Assembly (NCBI GenBank): GCA_012295275.1
Contig: CM022667.1
Span: forward strand, 7,874,001-7,938,000
Direction of reading: 5' to 3'
DNA: 64,000 bases
From: Chrysomallon squamiferum
Taxonomy: Eukaryota; Animalia; Mollusca
Numbering within the stretch: the stretch's first letter is position 1; the number at the start of each line of letters is the position of its first letter. The position numbers and the translations under genes are program-made. A model generated the notes under the pieces. That model was given only the letters and a program-made list of their open reading frames with translations, ran no database searches and was not told the origin of the DNA. Positions 25,813 to 44,036 of the stretch are shown here, piece after piece.

Positions 25813-27488
25813 ATGAACACATCAAAGCAAAGCCAGGTAGATAGAAAAGTTTGTACTAAGCTGTCTGAAATACAGTTATTAACTACTTCTTTCTTTCCTT
25901 TTTATCCTTTTATTCTTTCTCTAAATAATACAGAACAGAAATAAACTACTGACCAGACTACTGAATACATCTTGTTTTATATGCTCTCACACTACCAGAT
26001 TTGTCAGCTTGCAGTTAGTTTTGTGTCTCTAAGCCTGAAAACCAGGTATAAAAGTATTAACGAATAAAATTAAAAAACTATGTGCAGACATGGTTAATAC
26101 ATATAAAAAAAAAAAAAAAAAAAAAAATCCTGTAAAGACTTTTATTTATTTGTTTATTTATTTTAATTTTATTTTGTTTTTAATATTTTCTTTCGTTTTT
26201 GTTTTTCTTGGATTTTTTTTTTTTTTAGGGGGGGTTTCTATTTTTTGGTTCGTTCTTTCATTGTTTTTTTTTTTTTTTTTGGTTTGTTTCTTTGTTTTTC
26301 ATTTATTTACTATTATTATTTTTTTTATTATTTATTTTAATTTAATTTATTTTCTTTTCTTTTTAATTTATTTAATTTATGTATTTTTTATTTTTTTTTT
26401 TTTAATTATAAATACAAAACGTCGTAACAGACTGAGATTTCCATGCATTAAGTATTGAACAAAGAGAGGTAACTCATCCGGCTTGTTTACTATTTCTCTT
26501 AGTTATACGTCACAGTGGAACCGTTCTTAAACGGCTACCCGAAACCAGAGCCGCCGTCAAAGAAGAAAAATGAAATATTTCAGGAAGACGCCCGAACAAA
26601 GGCTATCGCTGTGAATGCTGAAAAGGTGTGTAAATAAAATATTTGTCTGAGTCTCTCACTCCTCTCTCTCTCTCTCTGTCTGTCTCTCTCTCTCTGTCTG
26701 TCTCTCTCTCTTTCTATCTATCTCTATCTCTCTGCGTCATTCTCTCTGCCTCTTTACCTTTATCTTTTTCTGTCTCTAACACTCTCTATGTCTCTCTCTG
26801 ACTCTCACTCGTTTTCTGTCTCTTTCTGTCTCTCTGTCTCTCTCCCTCACACACACACACTCTCTCTCTCACTATATCTCACTGACTTTCTTTGTCTTCC
26901 TCTTTCTATCTCTCTGTCTCTCTCTCACACACACACACACACTCTTTCTCTCTATCTCTCTGACTTTCTCAGTCTTTCTCTTTTATTACTGCAGTTTATT
27001 AATTTGCTTCTTTTAAATACAGCTTCGCTCTTCACTTTTAAAAATGTGAAATATTTATTAAGCGTTAGTGCAGAATCGTGTTTGATTAAAGAATATGGTT
27101 CCTGAACTAGGTAAGTGCAATGATTCTGAGAGATACATATTATAATAGTATCATGTTAATTAATAAGTAAATGTCGGGGTTTTTTTCAGCTTTCTCCAGA
27201 CAAGGACATGACGTTTAACAGTGTCACGAAGCAACTAATTAGCAACTTGTCAAACGATGTTCTGAAAGTCTGGGCAATGTTCTGTTGGGTAGGTGCTCAA
27301 AAGAAGTGGGAGGGATCTGAAAGTGTTGAAAAAGAAGGAAGTATTCAGTGGTATCTTAAAAAAATAAGAAGAAATGAAATAGGATCAGAAACTAAACTGC
27401 TGACAATACTTATCAGGTTAGTAATTGGCGAGCTTTTCTTATATACGAATAAATGATTTAATAACATATGTACAACCTACATTAATAC

Positions 27489-27560
<72 letters not shown>

Positions 27561-28906
27561 TTATTTATTTATTTATTTATTTATTTATTTTAAGCATCAC
27601 TAACATAAATGTATGTCAAAATAATATTGCAGTCAACGCCTGCATTCTACACTTTCATCTAGAGGTGTGACGTCATCGCTTACATTAGGACAGTCACTTT
27701 ATATCTAAAACTAACAATATTGTCACGTGTGACACAGACGTCATCACAGAGAAATTTGATTTCCTATTTCAGAGAGGACGATGTTCCTTGCGTTATTATT
27801 TCGGGAAAATGTAAGGGGGCCCCGTACGAAGTGGGGGACAGCGAAGTGAAGGGGGAGACTTGCTGGCTTGCTGTCTACGTTGGGGAAGGTTGGAGGTTCA
27901 TATTTCCTCACTGGGCTTTTGCCTCTCTCACTGGACACGAGTCATCAGCTTGGGTCAAAGTTGAAGACGATGGACATAAAACTGTGCAGCAAGTAGATCC
28001 GTCTGCGGGGAAAGTGCTGTATCACACAGACTCGTTCTACTTCTTAACAGACCCACGCGATTTCAAACATTTCTGCAGACCTAACGATGACCAGACAGCC
28101 TGGCAGCTGCTGACGTCGCCCATGTCGATGGAGACGTTTCTGTATCTTCCTTTCGTTACAAAAATATTTTTGACCTCCTCGGCTGGTTTTCAGCTTCGAC
28201 GCGGTCAGAGAAACACGATAAAATGTGTTCAAGGTGAAGGTGAGCTGGTGATCAAAGCGACTAACACAAAGTGGGAAGGTCAACTCAAGTATGAGTTGAG
28301 TTATAAAAGTGAGCACGAATTATCTGCGGCAGAGTCTTCTGACAGCTATGTTCTTTTATGCAACAAAAACCAAGATGGCGACATCAAGTTTGTGATACGA
28401 TTTCCAGCTGTAGGCACGTATCGTCTGAGGATCATCGACAAAACGCTGTATCACTGGCTCTGTGACTTCAGATTCCAGTGTGATGAACTACGATCCAGCT
28501 GTAACCCTCTCCCCCTCAACCCGGAGATAGGCTGGGGTCCAGGACCAGCTTGTAAGAATTACGGAATCACCAACCTGTCTCACACAGACGGAATCATTCG
28601 GCTCAACTATGAAGAAAACCTCGAGATCTCCTTCGATAAGAAGCCAGAAACCAGAATCACAGCGCGACTTAAACACCACAGCAAGACAGATCGCCAACTC
28701 GCCAAGTACGTCAACAACAAACAGACGACAACGTCTGTGAAAATTCGAGTGGAACTTCCTGACAGCGACGAGTACGCCCTCACCATTGACGCCATGTTAC
28801 CTGAAGACGTCACCAAGAACGTTCTCAATTACCTTATGTCAGTTGATAAACAGAAATATCGAAAAAAACATCCTTACGAGGTACTTTAAGTATTATTACT
28901 ACTAAC

Positions 28907-28961
<55 letters not shown>

Positions 28962-29805
28962 ATGGTAGTAGTAATAGCAGTTTTAGTGATGATAGCAGCA
29001 GTAGCAGCTGAAGTAGTAGTGGTGAAGCTGATGGAGTATTGTATCTAGTTAATTTTATTTGTTTACCTTTTTAGAAGCCAACAGAAAAGAAGATAAGAGA
29101 AAATCTCGAAACTGCAGTAAAATTGAATGACATACAGTTTTTGACGACAGCTATCGAGAACTTTAAGAAATTTGATCTTGACAAAAACAACGTGTTACAG
29201 AAAGCTGAAGAGAAACTGAAACTTCTACAGTTGAAGGAAGGTACGTTTCGTTTGTCAGAAACATTTTAAAGAGTTGTTATGTAACAATGTTAATAGGTAA
29301 AAGGTAAACGACATAAATGCAGTTCTGTTAAGAGTTGTTATGTAAACATGTTAATAGGTACAAAGTAAATGTTATAAATGCAGTTCTGTTAAGAGTTGTT
29401 ATGTAAACATGTTAATAGGCACAAAGTAAATGATATAAATGCAATTCTGTTTTGACGTCAGTAACTGGGACGTACTTCAACAGCTGAACAGATCTGTGAT
29501 ATTTTGTCTGTAAGTGCGAAGCGCTGTCATTGAGTTATAATCTCTTACAAAATTAGACAGCTGTTTCAACACCTGATTCTCTCTCTCACAACAACATATA
29601 AAGAATTACAGTTTTAAAACGGTCTCATTATTTTTTCTTGTCTTTTCAAGAACTACGCAGTGCTATACGTGGAGGTCGAATAGACCGTATTGAGAAAGCG
29701 ATCGACAAAGCGACCAAGTCCAAGTGTGTGAACGCACTAAATCAACAGATAAAGGAAGCCAAGGATGAAATCTACTACATCAAGAGGAATGCAAGAAATT
29801 ATTAG
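25813..29805 (+). CDS. KY peptidase / hillarin / LTD-1-like transglutaminase-fold protein, copy 1, 600 aa
   Basis: Exons 25813-25836, 26503-26625, 27190-27416, 27773-28880, 29075-29240 and 29651-29805 total 1803 nt and are phase-compatible with GT-AG. Family-like motifs include VWAMFCWV, PCVIISGKCKGAPYEVGD, WLAVYVGEGWRF, FYFLTDPRDF, WQLL..P, IRFP..GTY.L.I and PLP..PEIGWGPG. A probable non-coding exon ends at 25537. Confidence 0.85.
29268..29452. repeat. 61-bp tandem repeat x3 in a KY-like intron
   Basis: Unit AAGAGTTGTTATGTAAACATGTTAATAGGTACAAAGTAAATGTTATAAATGCAGTTCTGTT. Only one unit is present in copy 2. Confidence 0.85.
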
Positions 29806-29811
29806 ATCAAT

Positions 29812-30135
29812 AAATACAAGTTATATACAACACTGACATTTAACAAATACAACTTATATACAACACTGACATTTAACTAATACAAGTTATATACAACATT
29901 GACAATTAACTAATACATGTTATATAGAACACTGACATTTAACAAATACAACACTGTCATTTAATAAATACAACTTATGTACAACACTGACATTTAATTA
30001 ATACAAGTTATATACAACACTGACATTTAACAATTACAAGTTATATACAACACTGACATTTAACAATTACAAGTTATATACAACACTGACATTTAACAAT
30101 TACAAGTTATATACAACACTGACATTTAACTAATT
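29812..30135. repeat. 33-bp minisatellite, ~10 copies
   Basis: Unit ATACAAGTTATATACAACACTGACATTTAACAA, beginning immediately after the stop codon. Confidence 0.9.
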
Positions 30136-30208
30136 GTGAAACAAATGTAGCACAACTACATTGAAAAACACACACTGATGTCACGTCACCAACCACATTT
30201 TAAATAAT

Positions 30209-30560
30209 AAGTGCGTGATCTATCAGACGACATTCTGTAGTATAAACTTCAACTACTATAATATTTAAAAGCGTGATCTATCAGACGACATTCTGTAGTC
30301 AAAACTTCAACTACTATAATATTTAAAAGCATGATCTATCAGACGACATTCTGTAGTAAAAACTTCAAATACTATAATATTTAAAAGCATGATCTATCAG
30401 ACGACATTCTGTAGTATAAACTTCAACTACTATAATATTTAAAAGCATGATCTATCAGACGACATTCTGTAGTAAAAACTTCAAATACTATAGTATATAA
30501 AAGCTTGATCTATCAGACGACATTCTGTAGTGAAAACTTCAAGTACTATAATATTTAATA
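30209..30560. repeat. 59-bp minisatellite, 6 copies
   Basis: Unit AAAGCATGATCTATCAGACGACATTCTGTAGTAAAAACTTCAACTACTATAATATTTAA. Confidence 0.9.
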
Positions 30561-31257
30561 AGTAAAAAAAAATGTTTTGTTTTTTTATTTAAATGTTTTT
30601 TCTTTTTCACAGTCTCATACTTTTAACAGTTAAAATTATTAAACTGATAATAATAACCAGCAGTAGTAGTAGTAGCAGTAGTAATAGTAGCAGTAGTAGT
30701 AGTAACAATAGTAGTAGTAACAGTAGTGCGGTGGTGGTGATGGTAGTCGTGGTAATTGTTGTTATTGTACAAATAAATAAATACCTGAGCTAAAAATTTG
30801 TTTCAGTATTTTTTCATATATATAGACAAATAGATTGACAGAGAGACAGACAAATGACTAGGCAGACATATACATATAGATAGATAGATAGACAGATAGA
30901 TAGACAAATGTGTTCCGTGCCTTGTTTCAGTGGAGATTTTCTCTACATTTTTTGTTTCCAACAGGGGACGTAACTCTATTGGCATTGAATTGTTTAGTCA
31001 TCGTTCGTCATCCTTTTAAAACAGAATTAGGATGATTTCAAAACTCGGCAAATATTAATAACACTCATTTTTTAATAGAATTATTTAAATCCAAAACCTA
31101 GCTAGAACATTATTACAGCTTTAGAAGCGATTTCGAATAAGGACGAGGCTGTTGCATGAATTTGAGGATGACCGATGAATGAGTGCCATACAGGCAGGCG
31201 ACATGCGCGTGCCGGACGTTGAACCATTTTTATATTATTTATTTATTTATTTATTTA

Positions 31258-31339
<82 letters not shown>

Positions 31340-31625
31340 GTTATTGTTATTATTGTTGTTGTTGTTGTTGTTGTTGTTGCTTTTTACATATTTTATAACT
31401 TACACAAAAACACACACATACACACAGGTTTGTTCTTTTTTCACATTATTTATTTGTTAAATAAAAAAAACCTAATAGAACGAAAAATAAATGTATGAAC
31501 TGTGGCGATTATCAAATGTTTTGTGTGACTTTGTTTTCAAACTTTACAGATGTCCTCATTTTCATCCTGAACGAACAAAACATCTACTGAGTTCTGTTTA
31601 AGACGTTCACGTCTACAAGCGAGTC

Positions 31626-31812
31626 ACACGTGTAACCTGTACACAACACGTGTAACCTGTACACAACACTTGTAACCTGTACACAACACTTGTAACCTAT
31701 ACACAACACGTGTAACTGTACACAACACGTGTAACCTGTACACAACACGTGTAACCTTAACACAACACGTGTAACCTTTGCACAACACGTGTAACCTGTA
31801 CACAACACTACA
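31626..31812. repeat. 20-bp minisatellite, ~9 copies
   Basis: Unit TGTAACCTGTACACAACACG. Unit junctions create CACGTG. Confidence 0.9.
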
Positions 31813-32567
31813 CAACGGGCGACATTTTCTTATTTACATGTCGCGTCTACGCTGCTGCCGTGACGTCGTAAACGGTGTAAATATCACTGACAGAGTGACG
31901 TGTTAACTTACTCACGTCGTACACGGTGTAAATATCACTGACAGAGTGACGTGTTAACGCATTCGCATTTCAGCGATTCCGAAAAATGTCACAGCTGAAT
32001 GATTTTTATTTATTATTATATGTTTCTCTTCACATATTAAAATACCCACACACGGTTTTTCTCTTACATCTGATTTTTTATCTATCACAGAAATCTCCTA
32101 TCTTCGTCCCTGAAGGCTTTGGTCTGAATTACACAGCACTCAGCTTGTACAAAACTTTATGAATTTCCTGTCAACTTATTTAGGCTGTTTTCTTCCAAAA
32201 CCTTCTGAAGCAGTTTCCAGAAGAAAACCAAAATTTAATACCACAAACTTTTGACCTATTTTTATATTCTAACATTCAGTGGTGGAAAAAGAATTGCATT
32301 ATTAAATGTGATGCTGAAATCCAAAACAAAATTAATAATAATGAAAGTGAGGTTTATACTGTAAACTTGTTACATCTGGTGACAATTTACATCATGATTT
32401 TACCAAATATTTTGGACCCTGTACAACGAAAGCAAGTCACTGAATTTTTACATAAAAACTGAAAATTAGAACGAGTACTGAGATTTCTTTATTGCTGTCA
32501 GTCTTTTGTTTACAACGATTGTATAAAGCACGACTAGTAAAACTGTTATTTATTCAAGCAGACCATT

Positions 32568-33643
<1,076 letters not shown>

Positions 33644-34592
33644 TCTATAAGGTGAATTGCATACATTAACTTGCATCAGTTGAAAAAATCATTTAAGAAA
33701 AAAAGTAAGCAGACGTTCCCTGTTTTATATCCCCCACCTAGTCAGCTCTGAGTCCAGTCGTTATACGCTGAGAGGCACAAATAGGGTAACAGAATTTAAC
33801 ACAGTAAGATCTGTAATACTTTGGCACAGTTATTCGCATATTGATACCCTTACAGTCACCCTCACGTTGATAGCATGAGATTTTTTCACAACATGAAATG
33901 CACGACAATGCTTAAATATATTTTCGTGTGTACAGTAACTTGACGATGCCAGCAGTACAGTCAAATAAGAAGAAAGAACAGGAAATAATAATAAAAATAA
34001 AGAATTAAAAATTGTTGTTCTTCGTGCGGCATTCTTATGTAGGCGTTTCGTCTAAAAGATTGCTGGAAGCTATATATATATATATATATATATATATAGG
34101 TGTCGTAGAATGAATGGGCCACAGTCTCAAATAGCAGGTCATAAACAATGTTGCATACTTGAACAAATTTCTATAGTGTCAGAATTAAACCTTTTGTTAG
34201 TTGTAAATTAGTGATAACAATCTTAACCAGGAAGGGTGTTTGTTTCTAACTCGTCGGTGATATCAAAACAACGGCAACCATTACCTCTCTGATCGCCATA
34301 CTGTCAAAATCAAGGTATGTAGATATGTGCGTCTGTTTGTGCGTGTATGTGTGCGTGTGTATTTGTTGTGGTGGTGGCTGAAATAGTATTAGTTGTTACT
34401 GTTACAGCAGTAATAGTCATAGTCGTAGTTATTGTGTCATACTTGAAATAGTACCAGTTGTCGTTGTTGTTTTATGGCAGCACAGTGTATAATTAACATA
34501 ATTATAATCATTATTAATTTGAATTATTATAATCACTGTTTAATTTATAAGTAAATTATTTCACCTGTTTACAGACTACAGGAGAAGACGAC

Positions 34593-36182
34593 ATGAACAC
34601 ATCAAAGCAAAGCCAGGTAGATAGAAAAGTTTGTACTAAGCTGTCTGAAATACAGTTATTAACTACTTCTTTCTTTCCTTTTTATCCTTTTATTCTTTCT
34701 CTAAATAATACAGCACAGAAATAAACTACTGACCAGACTACTGAATACATCTTGTTTTATATGCTCTCACACTACCAGATTTGTCAGCTTGCAGTTAGTT
34801 TTGTGGTCTCTAAGCCTGAAAACCAGGTATAAAAGTATTAACGAATAAAATTATAAAACTATGTGCAGACATGGTTAATACATAAAAAAAATAAAATAAA
34901 AAAATTTAAAAATCCTGTAAAGACTATGTTATTGTACTTTTATTTATTTGTTTATTTATTTTAATTTTATTTACTTTTTAATATTTTCTATCCTTTAACT
35001 TTTTTTCGTTTTTTTTTTTTTTTTTCTTTTTCCTCGTTTTTTGGTTCGTTCTATCTTTTTTTTTTGTTTTTTTTTTTTTTTTTTTTTTTTTATTTGTTAT
35101 TATTTTTTTATTATTTATTTTAATTTATTTATTTTAATTTAGTTTTTATTTATTTATTTTATTTTATTTTATTTATATTTTTTTTATTTTTTTTTTTTTT
35201 TTTTTTTTTTTTGAATTATAAATACAAAACGTCATAACAGACAGATTTCGAAGCATTAAGTACTGAACAAAGAGAGGTAACTCATCCAGTTTGTTTACTA
35301 TTTCTCTTAGTTATACGTCACAGTGGAACCGTTCTTAAACGGCTACCCGAAACCAGAGCCGCCGTCAAAGAAGAAAAATGAAATATTTCAGGAAGACGCC
35401 CGAACAAAGGCTATCGCTGTGAATGCTGAAAAGGTGTGTAAATAAAATATTTGTCTGAGTCTCTCACTCCTCTCTCTGTCTCTCTCTCTCTCTGTCTGTC
35501 TCTCTCTCTTTCTATCTATCTCTATCTCTCTGTGTCACTTTCTCTGTCTCTTTACCTTTATCTTTTTCTGTCTCTAACACTCTCTGTGTCTCTCTCTGAC
35601 TTCCTCTTTCTGTCTCTCTGTCATTCTCTCTCTCTCTCTCTCTCTCACACACTCTGTCTCTATCTCTCTGACTTTCTCTGTCTTTCTCTTTTATTACTGC
35701 AGTTTATTAATTTGCTTCTTTTAAATACAGCTTCGCTCTTCACTTTCAAAAATGTGAAATATTTATTAAGCGTTAGTGCAGAATCGTGTTTGATTAAAGA
35801 ATATGGTTCCTGAACTAGGTAAGTGCAATGTTAATTCATAAGTAAATTTATGGGGGGTTTTTTTCAGCTTTCTCCAGACAAGGACATGACGTTTAACAGT
35901 GTCACGAAGCAACTAATTAGCAACTTGTCAAACGATGTTCTGAAAGTCTGGGCAATGTTCTGTTGGGTAGGTGCTCAAAAGAAGTGGGAGGGATTTGAAA
36001 GTGTTGAAAAAGAAGGAAGTATTCAGTGGTATCTTAAAAAAATAAGAAGAAATGAAACAGGATCAGAAGCTAAACTGCTGACAATACTTATGAGGTTAGT
36101 AACTGGCTAGCTTTTCTTATATACGAATAAATGATTTAATAACATATGTACATCCTACATTAATACTTTGTTGTTGTTGTTG

Positions 36183-36258
<76 letters not shown>

Positions 36259-38352
36259 TTTATTTTTAAGCATCACTAACAAAAATGTCTGACAAAATAA
36301 TATTGTAGTCAACGCCTACATTCTACACTTTCATCTAGAGGTGTGACGTCATCGCTTACATTAGGACAGTCACTTCATATCTAAAACTAACAATACGCTG
36401 AATATTGTCACGTGTGACACAGACGTCATCACAGAGAAATTTGATTTCCTATTTCAGAGAGGCCGATGTTCCTTGCGTTATTATTTCGGGAAAATGTAAG
36501 GGGGCCCCGTACGAAGTGGGGGACAGCGAGGTGAAGGGGGAGACTTTCTGGCTTGCTGTCTACCTTGGGGAAGGTTGGAGGTTTATACATGCTCAGTGGG
36601 CTTTTGCTTCTCTCTCTGGACACGAGTCATCAGCTTGGGTCAAAGTTGAAGACGATGGACATAAAACACTGCAGCGAGTAGATCCGTCTGCGGGGGAAAT
36701 CGTGTATCACACAGACGCCTTCTATTTCTTAACAGACCCACGCGATTTCAAACATTTCTGCAGACCTAACGATGACCAGACAGCCTGGCAGCTGCTGACG
36801 TCGCCCATGTCGATGGAGACGTTTCTGTATCTTCCTTTCGTTACAAAAAGTTTTTTTACCTCCTCGGCTGGTTTTGAATTTCGGCGCGGACAGAGAAACT
36901 CGATAAAATGTGTTCAAGGTGAAAGTGAGCTGGTGATCAAAGCGACTAACACAAAGTGGGAAGGTGAACTCAAGTATGAGTTGTTTTATAAAAGTGAGCT
37001 CGAATTTCCTGCGGCAGAGTCTTCTGACCGGTATGTTGTTTTATGCAACAAAAACCAAGATGGCGACATCAAGTTTCTGATACGATTTCCAGCTGTAGGC
37101 ACGTATCGTCTGAGGATCATCGACAAAACGCTGTATCACTGGCTCTGTGACTTCAGATTCCAGTGTGATGAACCACGATCCAGCTGTAAACCTCTCCCCC
37201 TCAACCCGGAGATAGGCTGGGGTCCAGGACCAGCTTGTAAGAAGAGCGGAATCACCAACCTGTCTCACACAGACGGAATCATTCAGCCCAGCCGTGAAGA
37301 CAAACTCGAGATCTCCTTCGATAAGAAGCCAGAAACCAGAATCACAGCGGTTCTTAAACACCACAGCAAGACAGATCGCCAACTCGCCAAGTACGTCAAC
37401 AACAAACAGACGACAACGTCTGTGAAAATTCGAGTGGAACTTCCTGACAGCGACGAGTACGCCCTCACCATTGACGCCACGTTACCTGAAGACGTCACCA
37501 AGAACGTTCTCAATTACCTTATGTCAGTTGATAAACAGAAATATCGAAAAAAACATCCTTACGAGGTACTTTAAGTATTATTAATACTAACAGTAGTAGT
37601 AGTAGTAGTAGTAGTAATGGTAGAAGTTCTAGTGATGATAGAGCAATTGAAGTAGTAGTAGTGTAGCTGCTGCTGTTTTTGTTGTCATGTTCTTGTTCTC
37701 TGTAATATTTTTGCTAGTTAATTTTATTTATTTACCTGTTTAGAATCCAACAGAAAAGAAGATAACAGAAAATCTCGAAACTGCAGTAAAATTGAATGAC
37801 ATAGACAGTTTGACGACAGCTATCGAGAAGTTTAAGAAGTTTGGTCTTGACAACAACAACTTGTTACAGAAAGCTGATGAGAAACTGAAACTTCTACAGT
37901 TGAAGGAAGGTACGTTTCGTTTGTCGGAAACATTTTAAAGAGTTGTTATGTAAACATGTTAATAGGTACAAAGTAAATGATATAAATGCAATTCTGTTTT
38001 GACGTCAGTAACTGGGACGTACTTCAACAGCTGAACAGATCTGTGATATTTTGTCTGTAAGTGCGAAGCGCTGTCATTGAGTTATAATCTCTTACAAAAT
38101 TAGACAGCTGTTTCAACACCTGATTCTCTCTCTCACAACAACATATAAAGAATTACAGTTTTAAAACGGTCTCATTATTTTTTCTTGTCTTTTCAAGAAC
38201 TACGCCGTGCTATACGTGGAGGTCGAATAGACCGTATTGAGAAAGCGATCGACAAAGCGACCAAGTCCAAGTGTGTGAACGCACTAAAACAAGAGATAAA
38301 GGAAGCCAAGGATGAAATCTACAACATCAAGAGGAATGCGAGAAATCATTAG
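34593..38352 (+). CDS. KY peptidase / hillarin / LTD-1-like transglutaminase-fold protein, copy 2, 600 aa
   Basis: Exons 34593-34616, 35311-35433, 35868-36094, 36458-37565, 37744-37909 and 38198-38352. Exon lengths are identical to copy 1 and the frame is intact. Confidence 0.85.
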
Positions 38353-38358
38353 ATCATT

Positions 38359-38885
38359 AAATACAAGTTATATACAACACTGACATTTAACTAATACAAG
38401 TTATATACAACACTGACATTTAACAAATACAACACTGACATTTAATAAATACAACTTATACACAACACTGACATTTAACAAATACAAGTTATATAGAACA
38501 CTGACATTTTACAAATTGTGAAACAAATGTAGCACAACTACAATGAGAAACACAAATTGATGTCACGTCACCAACCACATTTTAAATAACAAAAGCATGA
38601 TCTATAAGACGACATTCTATAGTAAAAACTTCAACTACTATAATATTTAAAAGCATGATCTACCAGACGACATTCTGTAGTAAAAACTTCAAGTACTATA
38701 ATATTTAAAAGCATGATCTGTCAGACGACATTCTGTAGTAAGAACTTCAAGTACTATAATATTTAAAAGCATGATCTATAAGACGACATTCTATAGTAAA
38801 AACTTCAACTACTATAATATTTAAAAGCATGATCTATCAGACGACATTCTGTAATGAAAACTTCAAGTACTAAAATATTTAAAAA
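38359..38885. repeat. 33-bp (~5 copies) and 59-bp (5 copies) minisatellites
   Basis: Same units as at 29812 and 30209, with different copy numbers. Confidence 0.88.
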
Positions 38886-39373
38886 GTAAAACAAATTCTT
38901 TGTTTTTTTTAATTTAAACTTTTTCTTTTTCACAGTCTCATACTTTTAACAGTTAAAACTAATAAAATGATAATGATAACCAGCAGTAGTAGTAGTAGCA
39001 GTAGTAGTAGTAACAGTAGTGCGGTGGTGGTGGTGGTAGTCGTGGTAATTGTTGTTATTGTGCAAATAAATAAATACCTGAGCTAAAAATTTGTATCAAG
39101 ATTGACAGAGAGACAGACAAATGACTAGGCAGACATATACATACGTATAGATAGATAGAAAGATAGATAGACAGACAGATAGACAGATAGATAGATAGAC
39201 AAATGTGTTCCGTGCCTTGTTTGAGTGGAGGTTTTCTCTAAATATTTTTGTTTCCAACAAGGGACGTAACTCTATTGGCATTGAATCGTTTAGTCTTCGT
39301 TCGACATCCTATATGTTGTTATTATATGCTGTTGTTGTTGTTGTTTACATATTTTATAACTTACACACACACA

Positions 39374-39410
<37 letters not shown>

Positions 39411-39922
39411 TTGTTGTTTTTTCACATTTTTTATTTGTTAAATAAAATAAAAAAACTAATAGAACGAAAACAAAATTATGAACTGTAGCGATTATCAAAT
39501 TTTTTGTGTGACTTTTTTTTCAAACTTTAAAGATGTCCTGATTCAAAAAAAAAAGGTCACTCATGAATACTTTTTATTCAGTATGCGTTTGTCTATGCTG
39601 CATGGATGCATAATGAAAATATGTAGTGTGTGAGTATGTTTATATGTAGTAGGAATACACAACGGGGTAAAGCTGTGATTCTGTTTTGACTGGTTGGGAT
39701 GGTGAGACAGTGTGTAAGTACTGTACAAAACACTAATGGTTCGAAGTAATTTTAACTGCTGAATATAAACTAAGATCTAATTTCGGGAAATTACTTAAAT
39801 GCACAGAAAAAATACCATCTCAAAACTATCCTCGGTTCAATTTTAATTATCTCCTTCTCATTTCCCTTCCAAACGATTTCTTTTCAAGATAATGTCCCGA
39901 TATATAAATGTGTTTGTATGTT

Positions 39923-39958
<36 letters not shown>

Positions 39959-39969
39959 TGTTTTTGTTG

Positions 39970-40028
<59 letters not shown>

Positions 40029-40680
40029 CATTATCATCATCATCAACATCATCATTATCATCATCATTTGTTTGTTTGTTTGTGTATGTCTGAGTTTGTG
40101 TGTGTGTGTGTGTTTCCGAAAAATAGTTCGATACTTGTATGTCATATTAAAATACCAACACACTCTTTCTCTCTTACATCTGATTTTTTATCTATCATAG
40201 AAATCTCCTATCTTCGTCCCTGAAGGCTTTGGTCTGAATTACACAGAACTCAGCTTGTACAAAACTTTTGTAATTTCCTGTCCATTTTTTTAGGCGGTTT
40301 TCTTCCAAAACCTTCTGAAGCAGTTTCCAGAAGAAAACCAAAATTTAATACCAAAAACTTTTGACCTATTTTTATATTCTAACATTCAGTGGTGGAAAAT
40401 GAAATGCATTATTAACTGTGATGCTGAAATCCAAGAGAAAGAAAAAAAAATGAAAGTGCGGTTTATATTGTAAACTTGTTACATCTGGTGACAATATACA
40501 TCATGATTTTACCAAATATTTTGGACAGATTTAAGAAAACGAAAGCAAGTCAGTGAATGTTTACATAAAAACTGAAAACTAGAACGAGTACTGAGATTTC
40601 TTTATTGCTGTCAGTCTCTTGTTTACAACGATTGTATAAAGCACGACTAGTAAAACTGTTATTTATTCAAGCAGACCATT

Positions 40681-43464
<2,784 letters not shown>

Positions 43465-43571
43465 GTTGGATTTCTGCGTTGATCGTAACAAACCGCGGAG
43501 AGATGTAACTGCCCAACACGTGAGTCTGCTGCCCTCTTAAACTTCGCCGTTGTGTGTATATAGCAACGATA

Positions 43572-43607
43572 TGACTCAGCGTGCGAAACTCTGATTGGCT
43601 GACGTCA
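43572..43607. promoter_or_regulatory. AP-1, CCAAT and CRE motifs in the G promoter
   Basis: TGACTCA at 43572-43578, ATTGG at 43594-43598 and TGACGTCA at 43600-43607. Confidence 0.55.
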
Positions 43608-43977
43608 TGGTTATTGCAGCAGCGCTGTTTGTTACTGATGGTTTGTGTATGTACCACAACACCGTCTATTAATTAAACATTGGCGTATCGACTACCGTTA
43701 ATAACTAAAATATTAACTATCTGCAGACAATCTTTTGACAAAAGCAGTAAAAACTTAATAGAACTGATGCTGTTGTTGTTTTGTTACTATTATTATTATT
43801 ATTATTATTGTTGTTGTTGTTGTTGTTGTTGTTGTTATTGTTATTATTTTAATTCTATTATTTATTATGATCATCATCATCGTCATTATTATACTATTAT
43901 TATTATTATTATCATCATCGTTATTATTATAGTTTTTGTTGTTATTATTAATTATTATGATCATTATTATCGTCGTC

Positions 43978-44036
<59 letters not shown>

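Noticed and set aside
27720-28889. 389-aa ORFs (also 36405-37574) as complete single-exon genes
   Set aside because: They start at TTG inside an intron. The true exon is bounded by AG at 27772 and GT at 28881 and joins in phase to flanking exons.
31584-31815. Cys-rich repetitive ORFs (LCTGYTCC...) resembling metallothionein or keratin-associated proteins
   Set aside because: They are translations of a 20-bp minisatellite whose unit is not a multiple of 3, and the sequence is absent from the duplicate copy.
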